Positions 21,925 to 31,177 of a DNA stretch of 64,000 bases are shown in pieces; positions within the stretch are counted from its first letter, which is position 1; the number at the start of each line of letters is the position of its first letter. The translations under genes and the position numbers were made by a program. A model generated the notes under the pieces. That model did not search any database and was not told the DNA's origin. It saw only the letters and a list, made by a program, of their open reading frames with translations. Source of the stretch: Candidatus Altiarchaeota archaeon (GTDB lineage: Archaea; Altiarchaeota; Altiarchaeia; IMC4; QMZM01); contig JAFGDV010000012.1 of assembly GCA_016931955.1 (NCBI GenBank), forward strand, positions 37,510 to 101,509. The letters run 5' to 3'.

Positions 21925-22025
21925 CAATCTGACATAGGATACGTGTTCTACGAGATCGAGCTTGCTCTTACCGCCCCCATGCGGTCGACGAAGGGGATGG
22001 AAATAGCCGCAGACCAGGATCTCTA
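21925..22025. repeat. Degenerate copy of the 3' end of GT2 gene 28347-29063 (att-like)
   Basis: ctgacataggatacgtgttctacgagatcgagcttgctcttaccgcccc… aligns to 28375-28440. Near-identical to the copy at 26521-26590. Confidence 0.6.
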
Positions 22026-22118
22026 AGAGGATAGGGATACAGCCGCCTGAGACACTAAAAGCCCACCGAAACATCTGATAACGGAGTTGTTACTTTCTGG
22101 TGTAGCATTTTTAAACAT

Positions 22119-22140
22119 ATGTTACGTTATAATGTAACAT
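22119..22140. promoter_or_regulatory. Perfect palindrome ATGTTAC-N8-GTAACAT between a TATA-like ttttaaac and the ATG of ATPase 1
   Basis: atgttacgttataatgtaacat overlaps start codon 22139. Operator-like position on a leaderless promoter. Confidence 0.35.
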
Positions 22141-23419
22141 GGAACTACGTAAATTAGCCGAAGCCAACCCCTGGTGGCAGACCAAAAAAGTACCACAAAA
22201 CCTCCGAGGACGCGACAGACCCAAATACAGACTACTCCTAAAATCAATCACACAAAAAGAAGTCACAATAATAACCGGAGTCAGACGCTCAGGAAAAAGC
22301 ACACTAATGTACCAGACCATAGACAACCTACTCAAAGAAAAAACACCCCCAAAACAGATACTATTCGTCAACCTAGAAGACCCAAGACTCACAAACGACA
22401 CACTAGACGACATATACGAAGCATACAGAAGCGGAATCAACCCCGACCAGAAGGCACACATCTTCCTAGACGAAATACACCGAAGAGAAAACTGGGAAAA
22501 ATGGGTCAAAAGACACTACGACCTCGGCACAGACTGCAAATTCACAATCTCAGGATCATGCTCATACCTCCTGAAAAAAGAATACTCAACACTACTCACA
22601 GGCAGAAACCTCACCTTCGAAGTATTCCCCCTAAGCTTCCAAGAATACCTCACCTTCAAAGGCATCAACTTAGACGCCGAAGCACTGGAAAAAGACATCC
22701 TCCTAGAGAAACAGAGACACGAAATCCAGAAGGCGATGAACGAATACATGGAAGAAGGAGGCTTCCCAGACGCGTTCTTCAAAGAAGAAGACTTCAAGAG
22801 ACTGCTCCTAACACAATACTTCGACGACATAATATACAAAGACATCGTAGACCGCCACGAACTAAACAGCCGCAAAACAAGAGACCTTGCACTATACCTC
22901 GCATCCAACATCACCTCCCCACTATCCCTCAGAAACATCAGAAACACGCTCGGACTATCCTACGAATCAATAAAAGACTACATCACATACTACGCCGAAG
23001 CATTCCTCTTCTTCACAGTCGAACACTTCTCCTACTCCCTCAAAGAACAGAAGACACGCCCCTCAAAAGCATACTGCATAGACAACGGCCTCCGAAACGC
23101 AGTAAGCTTCAAGTTCACAAAAGACGACGGAAAACTAGCCGAAAACCTAGCCTACCTCCACCTAAGACAAAACAAAGACGACATATACTACTGGAAAGAC
23201 AAAAACGAAGTAGACTTCATAACAAAAAACCCCGACCACACACTAACCGCCATAAACGTCACATACACAGATGAAGTGGACGAAAGAGAAATAAAGTCGC
23301 TCAAAGAATTCAAACAAAAACACAAAAAAACACAAGAACTCATAATAATCACAAAAAACACCCAAAAAACACAAGAAGAAATCAAGTACATACCACTATG
23401 GAAGTGGCTGCTAGAATAG
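22139..23419 (+). CDS. COG1373-type ATPase (AAA_14 + DUF4143-like)
   Basis: N-terminal NPWW, Walker A GVRRSGKSTLM, Walker B …IFLDEIH…, C-terminal …IPLWKWLLE*. Strongly A/C-skewed coding strand. Confidence 0.7.
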   Translation: MELRKLAEANPWWQTKKVPQNLRGRDRPKYRLLLKSITQKEVTIITGVRRSGKSTLMYQTIDNLLKEKTPPKQILFVNLEDPRLTNDTLDDIYEAYRSGINPDQKAHIFLDEIHRRENWEKWVKRHYDLGTDCKFTISGSCSYLLKKEYSTLLTGRNLTFEVFPLSFQEYLTFKGINLDAEALEKDILLEKQRHEIQKAMNEYMEEGGFPDAFFKEEDFKRLLLTQYFDDIIYKDIVDRHELNSRKTRDLALYLASNITSPLSLRNIRNTLGLSYESIKDYITYYAEAFLFFTVEHFSYSLKEQKTRPSKAYCIDNGLRNAVSFKFTKDDGKLAENLAYLHLRQNKDDIYYWKDKNEVDFITKNPDHTLTAINVTYTDEVDEREIKSLKEFKQKHKKTQELIIITKNTQKTQEEIKYIPLWKWLLE

Positions 23420-23454
23420 AGACTAACCCAGATACTCCGAGGTTTAATTTACAT

Positions 23455-23481
23455 TTGCCGCCCACGCGGTCGACGAATAAA
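23455..23481. repeat. Short relic of the GT2 3'-end repeat (gccgcccacgcggtcgacgaa)
   Basis: Matches the ccgcccccatgcggtcgacgaa core of the copies at 21961 and 26540. Confidence 0.4.
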
Positions 23482-23530
23482 CAAAATTTGCCGTTACAAG
23501 GGCAAAGTTTTAAAAGAAAATTCACCCACA

Positions 23531-23576
23531 AATGCAATATTTATGCATAAATATTGCAATAGACTGCAATATTTAA
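23531..23576. promoter_or_regulatory. Nested palindromic operator-like element (three TGCAATATTT/AAATATTGCA half-sites; ATTTATGCATAAAT)
   Basis: Upstream of ATPase 2. A paralogous ~50-bp copy lies at 29132-29185. Confidence 0.35.
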
Positions 23577-23599
23577 ATACAACAACCACTATATATAAC

Positions 23600-24925
23600 A
23601 TGGACAAAAACACCCTCAGAGCAACAATAATATCACAAAAAAAAGAAACAAAAAAAATACTAAAACAAGAAAAAATCATAGAAAGAGAACTACAAAAAGA
23701 AACAGAAAAACAACTAAAAAACAACCTCATCAAGATCACCACAGGCGTCAGAAGATGCGGAAAATCAACCCTCGCCCTACAAACACTCCAAGACAAAGAA
23801 CACGCCTACATCAACTTCGACGACGAAAGACTCTACAAGATCACGACAAAAGACCTCGACACAATCCTAGAAACACTATATGAAGTATACGGAAACTTCA
23901 AATACCTCCTCCTAGACGAAATACAGAACATACCTGGATGGGAGCTATACGCAAACAGACTACAAAGACAAGGCCTCAACCTCATAGTAACCGGAAGCAA
24001 CGCAAAACTACTAAGCAAAGAACTTGCAACACACCTAACAGGAAGACACATCACACTTGAACTATACCCCTTCTCCTTCAGAGAATACCTAAGCTACCAC
24101 AAAATCAGCCCCCAAAAAGAAGACCTACAAATCGCAGAAGGCATCGGAAAAATCAAAAAACACCTAAGAGACTACATAGAAAAAGGCGGATTCCCCGAAA
24201 CATACAAAATCAAAGACAACACAAGATACCTAAAAGACCTCTACAACTCCATCATAAACCAAGACATCATAAGCAGATACAACATAAAATACGCAAACAC
24301 GCTAAGAGAGATAATCTCCTACACCATCTCAAACTACGCAAGCCCAATAACCTACAAAAAAATAAAAAACATATTCGACATAAAAAGCCAACACACAATA
24401 AAAAACTACCTCTACTACGCAGAAGAATCATACCTGATAACCCAGAGCCTACAATACACACACAAAATAAAAGAACAAACACGACTGCCCAAAAAAATCT
24501 ACGCCATAGACACAGGCCTCATAAAAGCAATAGGATTCAAGGCATCAGAAAACACCGGCAGACTAATGGAAAACCTCATCGCAATAGAACTACAGAGAAA
24601 AAAAACACAAAACCCCCTCCTAGAAATATACCACTGGAGAGACTACCAAAAAAGAGAAGTCGACTTCGCAGTCAAAGAAGGCCTAAAAGTAAAGGAACTA
24701 ATCCAGGCATGCTACGACATCGAAGACCCAAAAACAAAGGAGAGGGAAGAAAAAGCATTGATAAAAGCCGGGAAAGAACTCAGATGCAAAAACCTCAAAA
24801 TAATAACCTGGGACCACGAAGAAACAGGGAGAATAGAGTATATCCCACTATGGAAGTGGCTGCTGCAGCCGACGGGTTTTGTCCCGGCGACTGAGGAGAA
24901 TGTAGTGCCTAACCCAACAAATTAG
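23600..24925 (+). CDS. COG1373-type ATPase paralog
   Basis: Start chosen at MDKNTLRA (23600). Walker A GVRRCGKSTLA. C-terminal …IPLWKWLL, then a read-through tail. Confidence 0.65.
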   Translation: MDKNTLRATIISQKKETKKILKQEKIIERELQKETEKQLKNNLIKITTGVRRCGKSTLALQTLQDKEHAYINFDDERLYKITTKDLDTILETLYEVYGNFKYLLLDEIQNIPGWELYANRLQRQGLNLIVTGSNAKLLSKELATHLTGRHITLELYPFSFREYLSYHKISPQKEDLQIAEGIGKIKKHLRDYIEKGGFPETYKIKDNTRYLKDLYNSIINQDIISRYNIKYANTLREIISYTISNYASPITYKKIKNIFDIKSQHTIKNYLYYAEESYLITQSLQYTHKIKEQTRLPKKIYAIDTGLIKAIGFKASENTGRLMENLIAIELQRKKTQNPLLEIYHWRDYQKREVDFAVKEGLKVKELIQACYDIEDPKTKEREEKALIKAGKELRCKNLKIITWDHEETGRIEYIPLWKWLLQPTGFVPATEENVVPNPTN

Positions 24926-24964
24926 GCACCAAACCCAAAAAAAACACCCCGAATAGGGGAAAAC

Positions 24965-26311
24965 CTAAGGCAACCCCAATAAAGAGAAAAGCCACGCCGG
25001 AATATAATATATTACTATACTATCTGTTCCCCCTCTCCTCAGCTGATTCCTCGTCACCAAAACCGCCTCACCTACACCGTATTTTTCGCAGAATTTAGTT
25101 AGGCTACGAATGTCTTTCTTGTTAATGTAGGTCTGATACTTGACTTCGACAGGCAGCAGCCTTTTGTCCGCTAATACAATATCCACCTCATCCTTCTGCG
25201 GCGTACGCCAGAAAGATATCTTCTGCAGACTACCCACTATCTGAGACTCTATGAGATGACCTGCTATCCCACCACCTTCAAGCATGCTAAAGGGTTGATC
25301 CAATAACGCCAACACAATAGATGGGTGGACTATGAACTGTTTCTTGCTTGCACGCACCTGCTTAGATACGTTGACAGAGTAGTTGTAGGCCACCTTAATC
25401 AGAAAAGATTTCTCTAGTAGGCTTACATACTCTGCCGCCTGATTTCGGTTAATCCTGAGGTTGCCTGCTATGTTCACCAACTCAAAGAGTTGGGCGTTCG
25501 CCGCAGCCAGCAGCCTGAGCAATTCGTAGACCACGTTCTCATTCCCCCTGCTAGCCCGACTTATGTCTTCGACGGTTTTCTCTATCACCGACTCCCGAAT
25601 ATACTTTTTAATGTATTCTTCGTCGTCTTCGTCAAACAGCTCAGGGAAGGCGCCCCTCTCCAAGTATTGGATGAACAGTTCCATGTATCTAGCCCTATTC
25701 GCAGCGAAATGCAGGTCATATTCTCGTATCATGTTTTCGTTCAAGGCTATCTCGTCCCTAAGACCAAAGTATCTCACAAACTCCCTGAAGGAAAGTACTG
25801 GCAGATGAAAGGATAGTATCCTGCCGGCAAGCGTTTCCCTGTATTTCCTCAGCTCAAGAGACGATGACCCGGAGACAAAAATCTTCAGGTTCTCTTCGGT
25901 GTCATAGACAGTCTTAAGGAGATCAGGGAAGTTAGGAAGCTTCTGCACCTCGTCGAGGAAAAGATACCTCATACCTTTCCCATCAGAAAACTCCAGAAAG
26001 TAGTTGATTAGATCCCATGCCACCTCATACCTCTGGAAGTCTATGTCGTCGAAGGAGATATAGCAGACGTTCTTTTCTTCGGTCTTCACCAGAAGCTTCT
26101 TTATCATCTGCTTGAGTAAGACAGTCTTGCCTACGCGCCGCAGACCCACGACTGCCAGAATCTGCCTATTTTGACAGTATTTGAGTAGGTCTCCCATGAG
26201 GTCTCTCTCAAACTCTGGAGTAGTGAAGTCTTTTTTCTCCCACCACGGGTTCTGCCTGAAAAGCAGTCTACTGTGTCTTTCGTCCATCGTATTATCTATT
26301 AGGAAGAACAT
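24965..26311 (-). CDS. COG1373-type ATPase paralog
   Basis: …QNPWWEKKDF…GLRRVGKTVLL…YIPAWLFSLL. Confidence 0.65.
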   Translation of the reverse strand: MFFLIDNTMDERHSRLLFRQNPWWEKKDFTTPEFERDLMGDLLKYCQNRQILAVVGLRRVGKTVLLKQMIKKLLVKTEEKNVCYISFDDIDFQRYEVAWDLINYFLEFSDGKGMRYLFLDEVQKLPNFPDLLKTVYDTEENLKIFVSGSSSLELRKYRETLAGRILSFHLPVLSFREFVRYFGLRDEIALNENMIREYDLHFAANRARYMELFIQYLERGAFPELFDEDDEEYIKKYIRESVIEKTVEDISRASRGNENVVYELLRLLAAANAQLFELVNIAGNLRINRNQAAEYVSLLEKSFLIKVAYNYSVNVSKQVRASKKQFIVHPSIVLALLDQPFSMLEGGGIAGHLIESQIVGSLQKISFWRTPQKDEVDIVLADKRLLPVEVKYQTYINKKDIRSLTKFCEKYGVGEAVLVTRNQLRRGGTDSIVIYYIPAWLFSLLGLP

Positions 26312-26321
26312 CCTTATAAAG

Positions 26322-26380
26322 TTTATGCACTAAAAACGTGCACAAAATAAAATTTTATGCACAAAAACTGTGCACAGAAT
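26322..26380. promoter_or_regulatory. Tandem 27-bp operator-like repeat, each unit with a TGCAC-N8-GTGCA inverted repeat
   Basis: tttatgcactaaaaacgtgcacaaaat / tttatgcacaaaaactgtgcacagaat, directly upstream of ATPase 3 on the minus strand. Confidence 0.35.
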
Positions 26381-26415
26381 CTAAAAAGCCACAAGATTAA
26401 GAACGACGCTATTGA

Positions 26416-26600
26416 TTATCTCCCCAAAAAACCAGGGAAAGCATTCAAACACTACGAATAAAAAAAGAACTGGAAAAACTGAAACATATAGTCTACATCA
26501 CAGAAGAAGAAAAAAACTAAAGGCCGAGCTTGCTCTTACCGCCCCCATGCGGTCGACGAAGGAGATGGAGATGGCCGCAGACCCTCAACTGCCCCAGACC
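26416..26600. repeat. Direct repeat: ~105-bp intergenic segment plus a degenerate GT2 3'-end copy (partner at 28246-28440)
   Basis: tccccaaaaaaccagggaaagcattcaaacactacgaataaaaaaag… aligns with 28246-28350. gagcttgctcttaccgcccccatgcggtcgacgaagg aligns with 28406-28440 and is near-identical to 21961-22000. Confidence 0.65.
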
Positions 26601-26710
26601 CCTTGCCACAGAATCCTCAGACATTATAAGGTACAGATGACAAAAAACATAGTATTCCATCAGATACAACCAACAATATTTAAACCCAGAAAACAAAAAT
26701 AAGATAAAAG

Positions 26711-28093
26711 ATGACAATCATCGACTCCCTGAAAGCCCAAAACGAATGGTGGAAGACCGGGAAAGTACCCACAGCACTCCTAAAAAAAACCAAAAGAGAA
26801 GAATACAAGACAGCAGAAAAACTCCTCAAAGAAGAAAGAATAACCGCAATAACCGGACCACGCAGAACCGGAAAAACAACCCTCCAATACCAGCTCATAC
26901 ACCACCTCCTCCAAGAAACCGAACCCAACAAGATACTCTACATATCCATGGACGACCCATCACTAAGACCCCACACACAAAACCTCCTACAAGAAATACT
27001 GGAAACCTACTACAGAGAAATCCTCCTCGAAGAAAAAAGAAACACACAAGTCCACGTCTTCATAGACGAAATACACTTCCACACAAACTGGGAACAATGG
27101 CTGAAAAAATACTACGACCAAAGATACCCAATAAAATTCACGATAACAAGCTCATCCTCAGCCCACCTATCACAGAAGTCAAAAGAAAGCCTCGTCGGAC
27201 GAATCATCGAAATACTACTACTCCCCCTAAGCTTCAGAAGCTACCTCGCCCTCACAGGAAAAAACCAGCTCACAGAACACTACAACAAACTCAGCCTCGA
27301 AACAATAGACGCAGACAAAAGATTCCAGCTGCTAAAACACGAAGAAGAAGCACGGATCATGTTCTCAAAATACCTCCTATACGGAGGACTGCCCGAGTCC
27401 ATAAAAACAGGAGAAATACACCTATGGCAGGAAAAACTAATATCAGACGTCCTAAGAAAAGTTATATACAGAGACATCACAGGACTCTACGACGTCAGAA
27501 CACCCACAAAACTCGAAGACCTCTTCGTCCACCTCACATACAACACCAGCAAAACATTCTCATACACCTCCCTCTCCCAAAACCTCGGCATAAGCACAGA
27601 AGCCATAATAAACTACACACGCTACCTCCAGGAATCCTACCTCATAGGCGAACTACGACTCCACACAAAAAGCATCGAAAAAAGCCTCCGAGCCAACAGA
27701 AAATACTTCATAATGGACTGCGGACTACAGAACGCCATAACAAAAACCACCGACCTAACCGAAGCCAACACAGGCCCACTAATAGAATCCACAATCGAAA
27801 AACACCTCTACGCATACGCCAAAAAAGAAAACCACAACCTACACTACTGGAGAGAAAAAGAAGAAGTAGACATAATACTAGACACCAAAAAAAAGACACT
27901 ACCAATAGAGGTAAAATACAAAAACAAGATAAAAAAAGAAGACATGCGAGGACTACTCAAATTCATGGACAAATACAAAACAGACAAAGGATACATGATA
28001 ACCAAAGACCTCCTCCAAAAACAAAAAATCAACGGAAAAGAAATCCAACTAATACCAGCATGGCTATTCCTACTAGCAATACCCGCCGCCTAA
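26711..28093 (+). CDS. COG1373-type ATPase paralog
   Basis: …QNEWWKTGKVP…GPRRTGKTTLQ…LIPAWLFLLAIPAA. Confidence 0.65.
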   Translation: MTIIDSLKAQNEWWKTGKVPTALLKKTKREEYKTAEKLLKEERITAITGPRRTGKTTLQYQLIHHLLQETEPNKILYISMDDPSLRPHTQNLLQEILETYYREILLEEKRNTQVHVFIDEIHFHTNWEQWLKKYYDQRYPIKFTITSSSSAHLSQKSKESLVGRIIEILLLPLSFRSYLALTGKNQLTEHYNKLSLETIDADKRFQLLKHEEEARIMFSKYLLYGGLPESIKTGEIHLWQEKLISDVLRKVIYRDITGLYDVRTPTKLEDLFVHLTYNTSKTFSYTSLSQNLGISTEAIINYTRYLQESYLIGELRLHTKSIEKSLRANRKYFIMDCGLQNAITKTTDLTEANTGPLIESTIEKHLYAYAKKENHNLHYWREKEEVDIILDTKKKTLPIEVKYKNKIKKEDMRGLLKFMDKYKTDKGYMITKDLLQKQKINGKEIQLIPAWLFLLAIPAA

Positions 28094-28245
28094 AAAAAAA
28101 AGACTGAGACAACAGCCTGCTTCTTTCCCGCCTGAACATATAAAAAGATCACTATTAGCATGATCATGGTTATACAATTCAGAAACCAAGTGACTGAACC
28201 CTAAGACCTGAAAGAAATAATAGGAAACAACAACGAATCAGCTTA

Positions 28246-28440
28246 TAATCTATCCCCAAAAAAAAACCAGGGAAAGCATTCGAACACTACGAATAAAAAA
28301 AGATCCAGGAAAAAACCAGCCTGCATCACAGAAGAAGAAAAAAAAACTACTTCAGATACAGGCGGAGACAATGCCTGACATAGGATAAGTGTTCTCCGAG
28401 ATTAAGCTTGCTCTTACCGCCCTCTCGGTCAATGAAAGTG
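28246..28440. repeat. Resident copy of the direct repeat (intergenic ~105 bp plus the genuine 3' end of the GT2 gene)
   Basis: See 26416-26600. Confidence 0.65.
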
Positions 28441-29063
28441 ATCGGGACCTCCTTGACTCGGGAATAGCGGCCGCGAACCAGTATTTCTAAGAGGATCTTG
28501 AAGCCGACCGGGTTAAGGACGACGCCGTCAATAACTTCTCTGCGGAAGAAGAAGAAACCAGAGACCGGATCCCTGACAGAGGTGAGGGGGCGAGCCAAGA
28601 GGACAGCACCCCGAGAGGTTAGACGACGACGAAGAGGCCAATTCTGGATACAACCGCCACGGACATAGCGGCTGCCGACGGAGACATCGGCTTCGCCCCG
28701 CAAAATAGGAGCCACCAAAGCAGGAATAGCGTCTAGGGGATGAGAGAAGTCGGCGTCCATGACGCCAAATATGCCGCCCGAAGCCTGAGAGAAGCCGGCG
28801 AGGACGGCAGAGGAAAGACCTAATTTGCCGGAGCGGACGATGATTTTAAGATCGGGGTAAGGGCTTTGAAGAGAACGGACGACTTCGGCGGAGCCATCTG
28901 GGCTGTTGTCGTCTACGATGATCAGTTCACCGCGGAGGTCGTTGCGGGAAAAAACCTTGAAGAAGGCAGGAATAAGCTTGGATAAGTTCTCGCGTTCATT
29001 ATAGGTGGGTACGACGACTGAGACCCTGGAGTTCTCCAAGGGAGGGAAAGAAGTCCTATGCAT
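28347..29063 (-). CDS. GT2 dolichol/polyprenol-phosphate mannosyltransferase-like (Dpm1-type, soluble form)
   Basis: …VSVVVPTYNERENL…VDDNSPDGS…DADFSHP… GC-rich (core-like) composition, unlike its neighbours. Confidence 0.7.
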   Translation of the reverse strand: MHRTSFPPLENSRVSVVVPTYNERENLSKLIPAFFKVFSRNDLRGELIIVDDNSPDGSAEVVRSLQSPYPDLKIIVRSGKLGLSSAVLAGFSQASGGIFGVMDADFSHPLDAIPALVAPILRGEADVSVGSRYVRGGCIQNWPLRRRLTSRGAVLLARPLTSVRDPVSGFFFFRREVIDGVVLNPVGFKILLEILVRGRYSRVKEVPITFIDREGGKSKLNLGEHLSYVRHCLRLYLK

Positions 29064-29131
29064 GATAAAGGATATAAACAGATACGGAAATAAATAAGTT
29101 TGCTGTTATGAGGTGGGGATAATCTACCCAC

Positions 29132-29185
29132 GGATGCAATAGTTATGCATAGATATTGTAATAGACTGCAGTATTTGGATACGAT
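29132..29185. repeat. Copy of the ATPase-2 upstream palindromic element
   Basis: ggatgcaatagttatgcatagatattgtaatagactgcagtatttggatac is ~85% identical to 23531-23580. Confidence 0.45.
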
Positions 29186-29209
29186 AATAAAAGATCACTG
29201 AGGGATAAT

Positions 29210-29245
29210 GGGAGGGGCTGCTAGGATAGAGGAGTTGATACCCCA
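29210..29245. repeat. Relic of the ATPase 3'-terminal motif plus the left 21-bp direct repeat of the AbiE-like module
   Basis: tgggaggggctgctaggatagag matches tggaagtggctgctagaatagag (23401-23423) at 20 of 23 positions. gatagaggagttgatacccca recurs at 31174-31193. Confidence 0.5.
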
Positions 29246-29307
29246 GTAGTCGTCGAGGACAAAGGAGAAGAAAGCCCCACGCATTTTACGGAACATACAC
29301 GGTAATG

Positions 29308-29350
29308 TACTAAAAATAGTAAAAAAAATGATATTTTACTAAAAATAGTA
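29308..29350. promoter_or_regulatory. Two TACTA-N4-TAGTA palindromes 29 bp apart next to a TATA-like tttatagg, upstream of the AbiEi-like gene
   Basis: tactaaaaatagta at 29308-29321 and 29337-29350. ATG at 29379. Confidence 0.4.
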
Positions 29351-29378
29351 TTTATAGGTGAAAAACACATAACATAAC

Positions 29379-30221
29379 ATGCTAGAACTGATCTACGGGA
29401 CAAAAACAAAGACCAGGATACTGGAAGAGCTCGCAACAGCAGGAAAACCAAAGACCAGAAAAGAACTAATAGAGCTGACAGGATGCGGCACCAGGGGAGT
29501 ATACGAGCAGACAGAGGAACTAATAACCCTAGGCATAGTCAAAGAAACCAAGAAAGGCTGGAAAAAACTAGAGCTAAACCCAGAACACCCACTATACCAG
29601 GACATCAAAAACACGGCACTCGCAGCAATAGACTACAAAAAAAACCTCATAAAAAACCTCCTCCAGACAATAGACCAAATACTAGAAGACGACTACTATA
29701 TCGGATTCTACACAGCAGCCACAAAAAAAATCACACCAATCGACTACACACCAGAGAAACACGTATACAAGGTACTGGACACAGAATACGAAAAAAAAAT
29801 AAAGAAAATCAAAACATACGACAAACTAAGGGAAATAGACATACAAAAAGAGAAAAAAGGGTTGATTAAGGCAGTATTCCTAAAATGCCAGAAAATCCCG
29901 GAAGACGTGACAAGAGAAGAAATACAAAACCAGGAAGTGTGGATAGCAAGCACGGAGAGGGGTATAGTAGAATGCTTCACCCCAGAAAACAAATACTTCA
30001 CCAGATACGGAAGCTGCCTGGCCCTGCTACAAAACAAAATAGAAAACACAATAGACGAAAAACAACTACTGAAAATAGCAGGAGAACTCAACATAAAAAA
30101 AGAACTAGTTAAAGTCATGGGCAGCTTCAACCACCACCTCAAAAAAAGACTATTCAACGCAGAACCCAACACAGAAGAGATCAAAGAAGTCAAACAGGCG
30201 ATAAACACGGTATTAGGATGA
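29379..30221 (+). CDS. AbiEi-like antitoxin / transcriptional regulator (N-terminal wHTH)
   Basis: TRILEELATAGKPKTRKELIELTGCGTRGVYEQTEELITLGIV winged-helix. Stop overlaps the start of the downstream NTase by 4 bp. Confidence 0.5.
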   Translation: MLELIYGTKTKTRILEELATAGKPKTRKELIELTGCGTRGVYEQTEELITLGIVKETKKGWKKLELNPEHPLYQDIKNTALAAIDYKKNLIKNLLQTIDQILEDDYYIGFYTAATKKITPIDYTPEKHVYKVLDTEYEKKIKKIKTYDKLREIDIQKEKKGLIKAVFLKCQKIPEDVTREEIQNQEVWIASTERGIVECFTPENKYFTRYGSCLALLQNKIENTIDEKQLLKIAGELNIKKELVKVMGSFNHHLKKRLFNAEPNTEEIKEVKQAINTVLG

Positions 30222-31177
30222 AGACAACATACACGACAGAAGAAAAAGAAGGGATCCTAGGCATAATAGAAACCTGGGGGAGAGAACAGATAACCCAAGA
30301 CGTCTTCAGAAAAATACAACTACAGACAGGCATACCTTCAGGACTGATAGAGACAACATTCTGGCACATAGACACACTCTATCAGCTGAAAAAACTCGAA
30401 AAACCACCCATATTCAAAGGAGGAACCTGCGTACAATGCTACATCCCAGCAGGCCTGCAGAGAGCATCAAACGACCTAGACTTCAATTCAAGGATAGCCA
30501 ACCCAGCCACCATAAGGGAGCAGATAAAAAAACTAAACAAAAAACTGCTAAACAAAGGAAACGCCACACAGATAAAAAAATACGGCGAAAGAATAAGCTA
30601 TGGAACATTCGACTACCAGCTAAAAGACGAAATATCCGGTGTTATAACATTCAACAGGAGAATGCCCTCCCGCCTTGGAGAATACGTCAAAGCAGGCGAA
30701 CTAGAGGTTCAGGCAAAAAACATGAAAATCCAGGTAAACTACAAACACGCCTGGATGCCCGCAATAAAGACGATAGACAAAAAACCAAGATTCTTCATAC
30801 TCGAACACCAAAAAATGAAAGGATTCACCTACCCAAGCTCAAGCCTGAACGACCTAATCGCCGACAAAATACTTGCAACAACAAAAGAAACGGGGAGAGA
30901 ACGATTCAAAGACGTATACGACCTGATGACTCTGTTCATGCAAAAATACGAGAAAAAACAGATACTCGAGAAACTGGAGAGGATACTGGAGAAGAAAGGG
31001 CAACAACCAGAGACCACGATAAAATCCTCGGCAACGAATATCGGGAGATTCACAGAAAAAAGCCTCGAAGCACAAGGATTCAAAAGCCTCGTATGCAAAG
31101 ACGGCAGAAAACTCATAGAAAACTGGGAAACCAACTGCTTAAAGCTAACAGAGAAGATGAACTCGTTGCTGAGATAG
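30218..31177 (+). CDS. AbiEii-like nucleotidyltransferase toxin (DUF1814 / Pol-beta NTase fold)
   Basis: FKGGTCVQCYIPAGLQRASNDLDFNS matches the hGG…DhDh NTase motif of AbiEii-family toxins. Translationally coupled to the upstream wHTH gene. Confidence 0.55.
   Translation: MKTTYTTEEKEGILGIIETWGREQITQDVFRKIQLQTGIPSGLIETTFWHIDTLYQLKKLEKPPIFKGGTCVQCYIPAGLQRASNDLDFNSRIANPATIREQIKKLNKKLLNKGNATQIKKYGERISYGTFDYQLKDEISGVITFNRRMPSRLGEYVKAGELEVQAKNMKIQVNYKHAWMPAIKTIDKKPRFFILEHQKMKGFTYPSSSLNDLIADKILATTKETGRERFKDVYDLMTLFMQKYEKKQILEKLERILEKKGQQPETTIKSSATNIGRFTEKSLEAQGFKSLVCKDGRKLIENWETNCLKLTEKMNSLLR

Noticed and set aside
22174-23274. 366-aa ORF in the +2 frame overlapping ATPase 1
   Set aside because: It is extremely Arg/Lys/Pro/His-rich and low-complexity. 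It is produced by the stop-codon-poor A/C-skewed composition, while the in-frame ATPase has clear Walker motifs.
26322-26380. Possible CRISPR-like repeat
   Set aside because: There are only two tandem units with no spacer-repeat periodicity. It is better explained as a duplicated operator.
26517-26717. 66-aa minus-strand ORF
   Set aside because: Only its last ~12 codons resemble the GT2 C-terminus. It is the degenerate att-like copy read through into non-coding sequence, not a gene.
26746-28107. 453-aa alternative-frame ORF overlapping ATPase 4
   Set aside because: It is a basic low-complexity translation caused by the same compositional artefact.
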